64,000 bases of DNA from Octopus vulgaris. Taxonomy: Eukaryota. Below the pieces are notes generated by a model. That model ran no database searches and had not been told where the DNA came from. It was given only the letters and a program-made list of their open reading frames with translations. This document shows, one piece after another, positions 12,335-25,200 of this stretch (its first letter is position 1; every line of letters starts with the position of its first letter). The DNA lies in assembly GCA_951406725.2 (NCBI GenBank), contig OX597818.1, forward strand, positions 62,682,001-62,746,000, read 5' to 3'. The translations under genes and the position numbers were made by a program.

Positions 12335-13846
12335 GATAATATGGCTGAAAGGAAACCGCTAAGAGGTGGAAAAAATTGGGGAGACCAGTTTGAAAATTGT
12401 TGAGATTGCTTTGTAATAAGGCGATTATATTACAAAAGAATGTACTCCTGAATTGGAAAAAAATGTTTCATTGTTTATTGTATTTACATTGGACATTCTT
12501 TTCTGGATGTTATCCGAGAAATTACATCATACAACATGTGTCAGAGACCGAATATGAAACACACTTGTGAATGTAATTGATATAGAATAGTTTTACTCTT
12601 ACCTCGCTTCATATATATTCTCCCTCTGAAGATTTTAACCCCAAATGCACTTTACATCAAAGCTGCACATGTATTATTATATAAAATAAACGAATTTATC
12701 AGCCCCTTTCTTCTTATATAAGTCGAAAATAATGAAATCTAACAATGCCCAGAGAAGATTTCCAAAACAGCTATCCCAATATTGAATACGCTGGAATATC
12801 CTAACGCTGTGCTATTGAATTCACCTTTATCAACGTTAGCTTTCTGTTTGAGTGGTTACACTGCGTATATGGAGGGCTATCGAATTCCAAAGGAATTATT
12901 TCACAAGGAAGAGAAACCAACGTAAGATAAAATCCTTCATGCCTAAAATAATTTATAGAATTAGTTCGGAACCTAACAAAGGAACGAGTGTAAAGCATCC
13001 ACGGAAGACCGAGAAAGTAACAGGGTTATTTATAAAATTAAAGAAACACCCAACACAATGGATGGAAATAGTAAAACATGTTTCATTCAAAAGAGTTGGC
13101 AGCCTGTCAAAACAAACTGTTCCGGTAAGTAATGCCTGTAACAGGCTTCGTTTGTCTCAAACTCGTTTAAAGAAGATAACACAAGAACTGAAGCAAGAAA
13201 ACACGGACTAATATACTGTCCGAAAAAAGAACAATTTTACTTGTAACAAACAGGATATGCAATTAATTTGGTTTTATCGACTAAACGCACCAATTTAGGA
13301 GAAATATGCTGAACATTTCTCTAAAAGCACGCATCTGTCGCTCATGTGACGATTGCACAACCGGTGTAATTCTGTAATTTGGTTCTGTTGGCTTGTACCA
13401 CTTTAGCGAAGTTTAATGGCTAAGGTGGTGGGATTCCCATCGGTAGACCAATTTTAGTTTTGTTGTTGATGCTTAGGCCTTCACCAACTCTGAAATCCAC
13501 GATCAAAGACACTGCTACTGCGAGCATCCACACTACAATGTTCTTAACTGTAAAGAACACCATTATTGAGTATCCTACGCATCAGATTTTGTAAGGGAGT
13601 TCAATAGGGAATTTAACTGCTATTTCTAGTATCTGAAGCCACCTATAGTCTCCAGCATTTACTGTGATTCTTATGTGCTTTTGTTTATTTCGTTAACTGC
13701 TTTACGACCAAAACAGTCAGTTCATGTTATTTTATTTAAGCTGAAACCCTGGTTAATGACTAGCTATAATATAGCAGTGGTACTCAACGGGGCTCCATGT
13801 GACACCTGAGGGCCCATATGAGATTTTGTAAAAAATTTAGTACATA

Positions 13847-14008
13847 GGCGCACGAGTGGCTGTGTGGTAAGTAGTTTCCTAACCAACCACATGGTCCCGG
13901 GTTCAGTCCCACTGCGTGGCATCTTGGGCAAGTGTCTTCTGCTATAGCCCCGGGCCGACCAATGCCTTGTGAGTGGATTTGGTAGACGGAAACTGAAAGA
14001 AGCCTGTC

Positions 14009-14054
<46 letters not shown>

Positions 14055-14260
14055 ATGTGTTTGTGTGTCTGTGTTTGTCCCCCTAGCATTGCTTGACAAG
14101 TGATGCTGGTGTGTCCCTGTCACCTAGCGGTTCGGCAAAAGAGACCGATAGAATAAGTACTGGGCTTACAAAGAATAAGTCCCGGGGTCGATTTGGTCGA
14201 CTAAAAGGCGGTGCTCCAGCATGGCCGCAGTCAAATGACTGAAACAAGTAAAGAGAGAGT
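13847..14260 (+). mobile_element. SINE family B, full length
   Basis: ggcgcacgagtggctgtgtggtaag...ggttcagtccc; internal (TA)n(TG)n; tail ggcggtgctccagcatggccgcagtcaaatgactgaaacaagtaaa. Confidence 0.92.
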
Positions 14261-14455
14261 AAAATATTGGTTTTATTTCTCTAATACACAAAACATTATA
14301 ACATTTTTTGAAATTCCTAATATTATAGGATTTTTTAAGCATGGAATGGTTATGAGGACCTATCGGAGTAAAATAGGACTCAGAAGGGCTCCAATGGGAA
14401 AAAGTGGTTGAAAGCAACCATAGGCAATCTGTGTGCATTATTTGTACTCGAAAAA

Positions 14456-14625
14456 GGCGGCGAGCTGGCACAAACTTTAGCACGCCAGGTGATAAGCTTA
14501 GTGGTATTTTTAAGACGGCGAGCTGGCACAAACGTTAGCACGCCGTGCGAAGTGCTCACCGGAATTTCGTCTGCCGTTACGTTCTGAGTTCAAATTCCAC
14601 CGAGGTCGACTTTGCCTTTCGTTTC
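14456..14625 (+). mobile_element. Two adjacent family A 5' fragments
   Basis: ggcggcgagctggcacaaac twice; the first stops at ggtattt, the second stops in the core. Confidence 0.8.
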
Positions 14626-14819
14626 CATAACGTGTTTCCATCACTCTAACAATTCTACCATCGATGGAATTCTTCAAGATCAGATCTTTTGCACCTTTAC
14701 ATCTTTGGAAGATTTTACACAAGAACATTTAGCCTGGTCGCACCCCTCCAGAAATATTACACGAGAACTCAATCTGTAAAATATAGTGAAATATATCGGA
14801 GCTACCAGGACATCGCAGA

Positions 14820-15010
14820 AACGCAACTGGTTCTCCGTCGGTTACGACGGAAATGGTTCCAGTTGAACCGTCAATGGAAAGTACCTGCTCGTGAAATCAA
14901 CGTAGAAGTAGCCGAGTACTCCGCAGACACATGTACCTTAACCATAGTTCTCGGTGGGATTCAACGTGACACGGAACCATGTGACAAGGCTGGCCCTTTG
15001 AATTACAGGG
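14820..15010 (-). mobile_element. 3' part of the SINE subfamily seen at 31431
   Basis: Reverse complement cctgtaattcaaagggccagccttgtcaca...aaggtacatgtgtctg matches 31574-31660. Confidence 0.7.
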
Positions 15011-15582
15011 ACTCTCAGAAACATGCTAGTTCCAAGCAAAAAAATAGTTTTCTCTCCTCGAATAGCGAACTGCGGAAGACATCACACTCACCCTCCATCT
15101 CCCTCCCCCTCTTCCTCTCTCCCTCCCCTTCTTCCTCTCTGCCTCTCTCTCTCTCACTCACTCGACCGTTTTCCTACAGAATATGACTATGATCTTTAAA
15201 AATTCACAGCGAACAAATATCTCGCGTTAGTGATTCTCTTTATTCGAATTTTTTTTTATCAGATCTTTTATCACCACCATTATTACTATTTCGCTTCATT
15301 TGTTCTTTTATTATCAACTCATTTAAATGTTTTATTGTCATCAGTTTATAACAGTTCAATCATTACTTAATTGCATTTCATTTAAATATTTTCATCAATT
15401 ATTTTATTGCCATCTTAGATTTCTATCTAAAACATTCGTGGAACCGCAGTGTTTATGGAATTTGATGCCAATCATTCATTCGTTTAAGTTTTTGGTGTGG
15501 ATGTCCCCCATGGGGCTCGTTTAGGGTCATTTCGAGTTTAGAGAGGAAATAGAAAAGCTACACTATTTGATATTATTTCATA

Positions 15583-15706
15583 GAGGCGCAGATGTGGCCC
15601 CTTAGCCGAGTATCTTCTACTATATCCTCAGGCCGACCAAAGTCACGTGAGTGGCTTTCGTAGGCAGAAAATGAAAGATTCCCGTCGTATATATATGCAC
15701 GCACGC

Positions 15707-15754
<48 letters not shown>

Positions 15755-16030
15755 ACATGTGTTGTGTGTATGTGTGTGTGCTGTTTATGCGTGTGTGTGT
15801 GTGTGTGTATTTGTTTGCCTTTCTGTGTGTCTTCTTATCTCTGTTCCCCACGGCCGCTTGACAATTACTGTTCGTTTGTTTACGACCCCCGCATCAAGCG
15901 GTTCGGCAAAAGAAACCGATGGAATAAGTAAAAAGCATTAAAAAATTTACTACTAGATTCGCTCCATTCGAATAAATATCATTCAAGGTGATGCATGGCC
16001 GCAATCAAATGGCTGAAACCAAAAAAATAC
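15583..16030 (+). mobile_element. Diverged SINE family B
   Basis: ggccgaccaaagtc..gtgagtgg, internal CA/TG tract, gcggttcggcaaaagaaaccgat, gcatggccgcaatcaaatggctgaaac. Confidence 0.75.
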
Positions 16031-16805
16031 CATTGAACAGAGAAATACAAAAGCCACTTCATCAGGTTCTACAGTCCGGTCTTTCTACGCAGTCAGGGGA
16101 CACCAACAATGCAAGAAACAGCGATGTTGATACGATTGTAAGCCTCAACCAAAAAGAAGCCATCTAAATGATTTGCATTAAGATTCTCCTGCCAGACGGG
16201 CTCTGATTTACTGCAGTGCCGTCTCCCATCTTTTCTATCGTAAATAATTTGACTGTCCCACTCCTAAGGGTCTGGTTTCTTGTCACCTCTACTAAATCAT
16301 CCTTGATTCACACGTCTTTAATTCTTTGGGTTCCACCTTCCCAAATATTACACCCAGTTCTTGTCGACTCGGAATTACTCCAACACATTGTTTTTGAAAC
16401 ATATAACCTTCGATTTCCAACTTTTCCATAGGAACATTAACTATGGATATTTGGCCAGTCTTAGAATGCTTGCGAAGACTATGAGCATCGCTCTCGACTA
16501 ATCTCAGACAAAACATAACAAGCCTTTCTACTATAGGCACAAGAATTGAAATGTGGGTATGGGTGGAAAGGACGAATGGATTAAACCGACCCTGGCGCTT
16601 GATTGTTACTTAGTTCATCAACCCCGAAAGGAATTTGAAATCAGAGCATAAAGGCGCTCGAAATGCTGCTAAGCATCTTGGCCAGTATATGCTAACTTTA
16701 CTGCCAGCTCGCTGCTGGTTTACAGAAGAAATCATGTCAATACAAATAAATTGAAGACATTTCTGTTTCGCACATTACACGTTCTGCTACACCGCGTTTT
16801 GCCAA

Positions 16806-17036
16806 AGGCGGCGAGCTGGCAGAAACGTTAGCACGTCGGGCCAGATGCTTAGCGGTATTCCGTCTGCCGTTACGTTCTGAGTTCAAATTTCGCGGAGGTC
16901 GACTTTGCCTTTCATCCTTTCGGGGTCGATAAATTAAGTACCAGTTACGCACTAGGATCGATGTAATCGACATAATACCTTTGTCTGTCCTTCATTGTCC
17001 CCTCTATGTTTAGCCCCTTGTGAGTAATAAAGAAAT
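16806..17036 (+). mobile_element. SINE family A monomer (tail1); a diverged minus-strand copy lies at about 16530-16715
   Basis: Full head, core and tail1. Confidence 0.9.
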
Positions 17037-18029
17037 ATATACAGCGTTTTGCCACACACACACATACACACACACATAGACACACACATGCACATACACA
17101 CGCACACTGAAATAATAACCAAAGTAATGTCTGGTGTGTCTGTTCGCAGAGCCACAGTTACTAGTGTTTGTTGCTGAAGAGGAAATAACCACTCCGAAAT
17201 GTATGCACCCCACACTCTGTTCAGACGCAGCATTAAGCTGACTCGGTATATTTATGACAAAATACAGTGAACGTCTTTCTCGCGGGTTCGAATATGCGCC
17301 AAGCATATTTGAACTGGTAACAAGTTTGCTTTCACACTAATAGAATCACAAGTATGTAGCTATTATACCAGACAATGCATAATATCAAACAAACACTAAG
17401 TATAACGCCGTCCACATTTGAGGTGTGATTCTGCAATATGCTTAAAGTTATCATTAACCAGAAACACATTTTCATGTGAATTAACAGCAAGTCATTACAA
17501 GTGCTGTAACATAAATCTGTTACATATTTCCTCTCGCCGCTGCTTGTATATTATTACATTCACAGATTTTGTTAATGTAGTATATGAATACTATGTTGAT
17601 ATTATGATTGCAACACATTTGTGATAATGTTTCGCAATGTAATAACAGATTAAAACATATATTTACTTGGAAAGCGTGACAGCTTAATTGTAAATTTGTT
17701 GTATTGAGTCCGCTTAGAATTTCTCGAAACTCTATTTTCATTTAAAATATTCAATCTATTTGTTCTAACATAGGTATTTTTAATAGCGTCAGCTCTTCGT
17801 ATGAATTCCTATTTTCCTAATGTGTGTATATGTATATATATACATTAATAAAGGAGTAGAAATGGAGAGACTAATAATGTCCTACGTTGGTAAGAAAGCA
17901 ATTCACATTGTTTAAACAATGGAATATGTTTTATGCTACAAAGGAAAATAGAAACCAACCATACAGAATGTATATTGAGATAACTATATACATATTGACA
18001 CAGGCAAAAGAAAAAACGCACAAGCATTA

Positions 18030-18522
18030 TATATGCACACACGTATATATTCATGCACGCATGGGAATATATTTGTACGTATGCGCGTGGATGCATATAT
18101 ACGAGAGCGCGCACACACGTACAGATATACACACACACACACATATATATATTCTCTACAAGATATTGATCTTCTCTGGCTCTTGTTCTCTTTAACCTCT
18201 GTTCCAGAGTCGGAATTGGAAGATACATATTTATGTATTTGTGTACAGACATACTTAGGCGCACAAACATATACGTAGATACGTGTGTGTGTTTAACTAT
18301 ATGCCTGCTCATGTACTACATACATATGTATGCATATGCATGCATGTATGTACATGTGTGCGTATACATGTATGTATATATGTAGTATGTGAGAAAGGAT
18401 ATAGGCACACTCACACACACGCACATATGTAAGGTCTGTGTGTGTATAAGCGCATACGTACACGCACATGAACACACACACGCTCTCACTCACACACATA
18501 TATATTTATGCATTTGTAATGA

Positions 18523-18571
<49 letters not shown>

Positions 18572-18606
18572 TATATGTGTGTGTATATATATATATATAT
18601 GTATTT

Positions 18607-18680
<74 letters not shown>

Positions 18681-18895
18681 CTGTATATGTATGTCTGTAT
18701 AAACATATATACATACACGCACATGAACACACATGCTCACGCACATACACACACACACACATATATATGTATATGTAATGAAATGCATGTATATATATGT
18801 ATATCTCTGTGTGTGTGTATAAACATATATACATACACGCACACTTACACACATGCAGACAAACACACTCACGCACACACACACAAACACATACT
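18030..18895. repeat. Large compound TA/CA/TG microsatellite region
   Basis: Directly visible. Confidence 0.9.
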
Positions 18896-19472
18896 TATAC
18901 TAGCTTTTCCATAAGATAATCAGTTTTGTACACAATAATTTCTCTTGCTTACTTTCAAGTTTTTTGCTGATTACCTGATTACTTGAATAATTGATGTCTC
19001 TGATCATCTTCGTAATCACATTCATCGAATCACTGAAAAGCGGAATTCCGAGTTATTTATTACCCATTTGGTTTGCTGCGTGTTCTCCGCTTTTCCTTTG
19101 GATTTACGCTCACAAGTTTGACATATCGTATTAGTATCTCTCCGTTATTACATTATATTCATGCGTACTATTATTTTATTAGTACACGTCTGATGCGAGT
19201 ACTTGATGTTATTATACCTATTAGATATATGTGTTTGATATCAGAATTCCGTCGCTATATATGCGCATATTAAGTCTATATTCAAAGCCTACATTCTGGG
19301 GAATATTTTCTAGTGTATGGATGCAAAGTTATATCAGAAACACGTTTCTCTCGTATTGTCCGGGATGTGCTTACACAACGGAAATTAATATATTCATGGA
19401 CAATTATATTTTATATTATTTACATCATTTACATTTGACGGACGGATGTTTGTCCTCATCTAGTTTGTTGTT

Positions 19473-19518
19473 AACACAACGTTTCGGCTGATAAACCCTC
19501 CAGCCTTCATCAGGTGTC
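19473..19518 (-). ncRNA. Minimal type I hammerhead ribozyme (Penelope type)
   Basis: GACAC-CUGAUGA-A-GGCUG[GAGGGUUUAU]CAGCC-GAAA-C-GUU/GUGUU; palindromic stem III AACGUU. Confidence 0.8.
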
Positions 19519-19675
19519 TTGGGGAAATTTCGAATCTGGGTTCTTAATCCTTAGGTATTTTTCGTTGTTGTTGTTGTTGTTGTTGTTGCTGTTATTATCA
19601 TTACTATTATTCAGGTCACTGCCTGGAATCGAACTTTTTCGGTTAGTAGCCCCGCATTCTTAGTCAAGCAGTGAT

Positions 19676-19737
<62 letters not shown>

Positions 19738-19810
19738 TAATAATAACAACAACAACAGCAACATCGAAAAATACCTTAGGATTGAGAACCCAGGTTCGAA
19801 ATTTGCCCAA

Positions 19811-19856
19811 GACACCTGATGAAGGCTGGAGGGTATATCAGCCGAAACGTTGTGTT
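19811..19856 (+). ncRNA. Minimal type I hammerhead ribozyme (Penelope type)
   Basis: CUGAUGA 19816-19822, stem II GGCUG/CAGCC, GAAA 19844-19847, predicted cleavage after GUU at 19851, stem I GACAC/GUGUU. Confidence 0.8.
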
Positions 19857-20024
19857 AACAACAAACAAGATGAGGACAAATATCCGTCAAATGTAAATAA
19901 TGTAAATAATTCCTCAGCTCTTAAATATAGAATTGCAATGAGATTTTGTTTATGCATGAAAATTACCCAAGAAATAATGAAAACAATAACTCTTACAGAG
20001 AGATATAGAGATAGAGGGAGAGAG

Positions 20025-20065
<41 letters not shown>

Positions 20066-20131
20066 CGCAGACGTACCCATTGTATGGCATTATATGGCAT
20101 TGCTTGGTAAAGTATTGTACATAACTATGTA

Positions 20132-20826
20132 CAGGGGTGGGTTGAAAATATCGAAGACCAGCTCTGAAGGAGTGACGCTAGATCTGTGGCATCGAGCATG
20201 TATTCAACTCAAATTCTTCTTATTAATAACCAAATTGTTTGTTTCCAAGTTAACAGGCATTTGACTGTTGAAAGAAAGTTTCAAAATTAACTAGTAGCGA
20301 CTTCTCTTGTAAACTGACAAAACTTTGCATAACGCTGTTATCACGTGACTATAGTATAAAGGGTTTAGCCCCAAGAATATTCATGCTGACACAATTGTTG
20401 CATTAGGAGATGCCACTCCAGCTTCACTCGACAGGTGAGTAAAGGTGGGTAAATGAAATTAGGAAGGACATGGAAAGGAAAGTTTTGAAGACGACCAGAC
20501 GTTTGGACGTCCTGCAATATGATTACCGTGGAAAACATTAATTCTGGTCACCTTGTGATGCTTGATAACAGACGTATGACTATAAATGAAACGGCCACTG
20601 CTATTAGCATATCTTGTGGGAGAATTGAGAATATTCTGCCAAATGAATTTGGCATGACAAAGTGATCTGCTTGGTGATTGCCGCATTTTCTGACACCTGA
20701 TGAAAAGCGCAACAGGTTCATCCCATCACAGGAAACGCTGACATTGTATGAGGTAGATCCAGCCGGTTTCCTGTGAACGTTTTCAACCGCAGGGAGAGTG
20801 TTGACTTCATTAATTTGAGCGAGAGA
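20132..20826 (+). pseudogene. Decayed mariner transposase, 5' end (HTH to first catalytic D)
   Basis: TA|caggggtgggttgaaaa TIR-like start; frameshifted fragments KGLAPKNIHAD..LGDATPA, EDDQTFGRPA, ENILPNEFGMTK, LTPDEKR, YEVDPAGFL. Confidence 0.8.
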
Positions 20827-20938
20827 TATTTTTACGCATGCCCAGGAAGGATGCGGCCACCTAAAAGTAATGCGGATTTTGCTCTCGCATTATTATTTTG
20901 CGCGTAAAAATCAAGGCTGGATACTTGATTTTATATAT

Positions 20939-20976
<38 letters not shown>

Positions 20977-21298
20977 ATAATAACAAAGGGTGAAATTAAT
21001 TAATTACGAAGTAATCATTAATTTAAACTAATCAGCATGAAGGACCGTCCGTAAGTTAAGTAATACTAAATAATGTACGTGGATCAAACGTTATTTGCCT
21101 CACCACATACTGTGTGAGTTATTTTTAGTATGCATTGTCTAAAGGGAGATCCAGAGAAACAGCACTCAAACCATAGGTAGAAGGAAATGACGAACATCAT
21201 AGAATGATTTAGAATGATTTTCGTCATTTTGCTATTTCTTTGAAAGCTTCGGTCTCTGGTAAAGTAAATTATTTTACTGAACCCTAATTATATAAAGT

Positions 21299-21343
<45 letters not shown>

Positions 21344-21779
21344 AGATCATATCTCTTTAATGAGCGATTTCATTAGGTGATTTGTTGTCAGGTTCTATAA
21401 ATTTCTCATAATTCTGAACCAATATGGAGGTGTTGTGTGTACTAGAACTCTAATTGTTTCTGCGAGAAGGAAATTTTGCCCCGAAACACTCTGAACAACT
21501 CCAGTGTCTCTTTGAGCATATATTCTCAAAAGCTTTCCCCTCAACTACTTTAATAGCGTAATATCCTTCGGTTGTTTTGGATTTTAAGCACTTCAGGTGG
21601 GAGATTTTATAATCTCTCTCAATAAATATATAATATATGTATGCGGATATCTGTGTGTGCTTGGATAAATCTTAGTTTGTAGAAGTCTCTCAGCTCCGTA
21701 TATTACTTATATGACATCCTAGCATATGCATATTTTGTTTGTCAAACGTATTCCGCAGCCAGATTAGCGGTGTTCATAG

Positions 21780-22150
21780 ACTTTGCTATTTCTCAGTTCT
21801 ATTTTATCAATGGCTATATCTATGTTGGAGGTTTCACATTCTGAAATACATATCGTACTGGATCTTTACTTTGCTATATATTTTGATACAATCAGCATAT
21901 AGCAGGCGATTTGCTTTTGTTCCTTTCATTCCATAACTATTTTCTATATGAAGAAAAAAATCCAAAAAAGCCAAGCTGTGCTCCGAGGAGTCAGTCTCAT
22001 GCAAAAGTAAATTATGAAAGCGAGTCACCTAAAAGCTATTATTTCAAACATGCTTCGTGTAAGTTGCCATGGTACAAATATTTGGAGCATCGATATTTCC
22101 ATATAGCATCTAGGCATACCATCTGTCAAGAAACCCAGAACCTCTGGTGA
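21780..22150 (-). pseudogene. Possible highly decayed Penelope-like RT fragment
   Basis: ORF 21834-22028 contains ETDSSEHSLAFLD, resembling the PLE RT FT-E----L-FLD motif; little else is recognisable. Confidence 0.35.
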
Positions 22151-22569
22151 CAATTAAGGCATATCAATTTATTCTGCGCTGCAAGAGTAAATAATATGTT
22201 CTAGGTTTTCTGTATTGAAGAAATGAATGCTTCAGATTTGAAAAAAAAAACAACAAAGAGGAAAAAAAAAACAACAAACAGAATAAGAAACAATAACACA
22301 CAAATACAGAGACAGATTTATTGATCCCAAGAGAAATACAAGAAATGGCTTTTTGAAGATCTCTAGTTTCGAAGATGTTGGTTGCATAAATTTAGTGAAG
22401 AAGTGATGCTTTGTTCATAGCAAAAACCGGTGAATATTGCAACATTGATTATCAAAAGCGAAAGCAACTTCAAAATCTGTTCTAACGTTATAGGCATTTT
22501 CTTTCCCAATAGATAGTTTTTCCCTCAAACAAACAAAAATAAATGTGCAAACCGAAATACCAATGAACA

Positions 22570-22572
22570 CAT

Positions 22573-22610
<38 letters not shown>

Positions 22611-22652
22611 ATGTAATATATATATATATATACATACATGTATGTGTATATA

Positions 22653-22721
<69 letters not shown>

Positions 22722-22783
22722 AATATATATATACATATATATATATATATGTATGTATATATATATACATAGATATATATATC

Positions 22784-22874
<91 letters not shown>

Positions 22875-22892
22875 GTAGATATATATATGTAC
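22570..22892. repeat. (TA)n/(TAGA)n compound microsatellite
   Basis: Directly visible. Confidence 0.95.
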
Positions 22893-24287
22893 ATATCAAA
22901 TAAGAGATAAAGAAAACAGCATTTGATACTTTACTGCACGATTGGAGAAAGCATGGCGCTGGGCATCTGGCCATATGTCATGATACAGTATCCAATGCCC
23001 ATATTCCAGTGTTCAGATTTATTATTCTGTCATCTTCTCTTTGATGCACTATGTAGCGCAAATTCTACTACATTAGTTTCTTCATTTCTCTCTTATCTTC
23101 TGTTGTTTCTCTTTATTTAGAGTGTCTATATTTCTGGCATTCTATGTCTCCTCTCTGTCTTCTATTAATCTTTTATCAAATTTTCTTTCTCTGATCTATT
23201 TCCTCTTATGGACTATGTTTCCTGTATTGGATTTCCCAAAACCTATTGCTGCTATCCATTACGTCTATTGTGAGCTTTTGTCGTTTGTGTATATAGAGTT
23301 CTTAACGGACTTATTTGATATAGAATTTTCTTTTTTGCTTCTATGTATTTTTACTGCTGGGCATACAAGTAAAAATGTACATAAAAAATACAAAACATCA
23401 GAGCTTTAATCATGAGCAAAAACTGTATGTTACTGATACAAATGACAGCTTAGTAGTGAGTGGATGACTTATGGAGCAAACACAAAACGAAACCAACACA
23501 AAAACAAAAATAAACTAACAAAAGTAGTTTTGAAACAAATTCGTGTTGATATATAAATTTCCTTATGCCTTTGGAACACTTATTGAAGACGTCGTAGAAC
23601 TTACAAGAATCGATATAAATTTCCACTAAAATCAGGATTTTGAAGTTTCTTAGCATCTAACATATTGATAGATCTTAATTGAAAAATATATATTTGCTCA
23701 TCGCGGGAAAAGTTGTTGTTTTTCAATTAGTAGATAAAATGTATTTTCCTCTTACTATCGCCTTTATTTGGTTACAGAATTTATGGTCTGATGTTGCAGA
23801 ACTTTCTTATAGGAATCAGTCTGCTGGTAAAAGTTGGTAAAAATTGTCATTTCTTAGAAAGTATGTATAGATGTAAGCTAATTTGTATGAATAATCGAAA
23901 GTGATAAACAGCTGGGTTATATCTTACGATACAGAATGTGATAGTAGAATAAAAGAGTCTCACCGATTCTTCGATAACAAACAAGCAGACATACAATAGG
24001 TCAAGCTTTGGAATTGAGAGTATAAAACTAACCGGGATAAAGAAATCCCGTTTGTTTAGTGAGGTATTCAGAGAAACGTAGTCCATAAACTGCAGCAAAC
24101 CCTACCACACGGTGACATTGATTAAGTTGATTGACAATTTAAATGCCTGCAGATCTAAGTGCGTAAGAAAATGGAGCTTGGGTGACAATTTCTGGATGCT
24201 GAAGAAAGGTTATCTAAAGTAAAGAATAAAAACTTTTGAATGATACAACAATGCACTATAATACAAATAACGGACTATATACCTATA

Positions 24288-24453
24288 GGCGCAGGAGTGG
24301 CTGTGTGGTAAGTAGCTTGTTTACCAACCACATGGTTCCGGGTTCAGTCCCACTGCGTGGCACCTTGGGCAAGTGTCTTCTACTATAGTCTCGGGCTGAC
24401 CAAAGCCTTGTGAGTGGATTTGGTAGACGGAACCTGAAAGAAGCCCCGGCGTA

Positions 24454-24499
<46 letters not shown>

Positions 24500-24718
24500 T
24501 GTGTGTGTTTGTGCGTCTATGTTTGTCCCCCTAGCATTGCTTGACAACCGATGCTGGTGTGTTTATGTCCCCGTTACTTCGCGGTTCGGCAAAAGAGACC
24601 GATAGAATAAGTACTGGGCTTACAAAATAATAAGTCCCGGGGTCAAGTTGCCCGATTAAAGGCGGTGCTCGAGCATGGCTGCAGTCAAATAACTGAAACA
24701 GGTAAAAGAGTAAAAGAG
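24288..24718 (+). mobile_element. SINE family B, full length
   Basis: As 13847-14260; ends in (taaaagag)2. Confidence 0.92.
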
Positions 24719-25029
24719 TATACCTGTTGTAATTTAGTCATCCATAGTCCAATGATATTTCGGAATAAAATTCCTTCTTCAGATATTCTTAGATGCAGTC
24801 GCTGCTATAATCGGTTTTCCAACGGCTTTTCATTTTTCGGAAGCGTCTCACCAGTGGTCTCACGAAGCTCCTTCCGGAATTCCCCACGAGAAGTCATGTG
24901 TGTCGGTAGATTTGTAGCGCTGCTTCTAAGTTATGTGTTATACCTGCAGCTTCTTTTTTTATCCCCCTTGTTTTCTCTTCTCTTTTTTTGTTATAAATAA
25001 TAGATGAGCATATCAAAAATGAACCTACA

Positions 25030-25200
25030 AACATCCAGACCCTGTTGTTTATTTGGGTTCTTCGTCTGTGTATGAGTAGAGCTTCCTTAATTCTTAAATT
25101 ACTCAAATTTCTTTCATTGGCCTCAATTTTGAATGTTATACTTTTGTCGGTGTTCCGGCATCTGTCTAGGACCCCAAATTTATTTGCATTTGTGTAACAT
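25030..25200 (-). pseudogene. Penelope-like GIY-YIG endonuclease C-terminal remnant
   Basis: ORF 24894-25235 contains FKIEANERNLSNLRIKEALLIHRRRTQINN, matching the PLE F-I---E-N---R-IKEALLI----P--N pattern. Confidence 0.6.

Larger units (their letters stand above)
19415..19933. mobile_element. Inverted (head-to-head) pair of Penelope-type terminal repeats with a tRNA-like spacer
   Basis: Left arm 19415-19622 is the reverse complement of right arm 19668-19910 apart from microsatellite length; the right arm matches the 3' end of the Penelope element at 48001-48180. Confidence 0.88.

Noticed and set aside
12852-13211. 119-aa lysine-rich ORF
   Set aside because: No recognisable motif or splice context; expected by chance in A-rich DNA
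13776-13830. hAT-like terminus cagtggtactcaac
   Set aside because: No matching second TIR or 8-bp TSD found
16060-16510. Possible RTE 3' remnant on minus
   Set aside because: Similarity limited to a few residues
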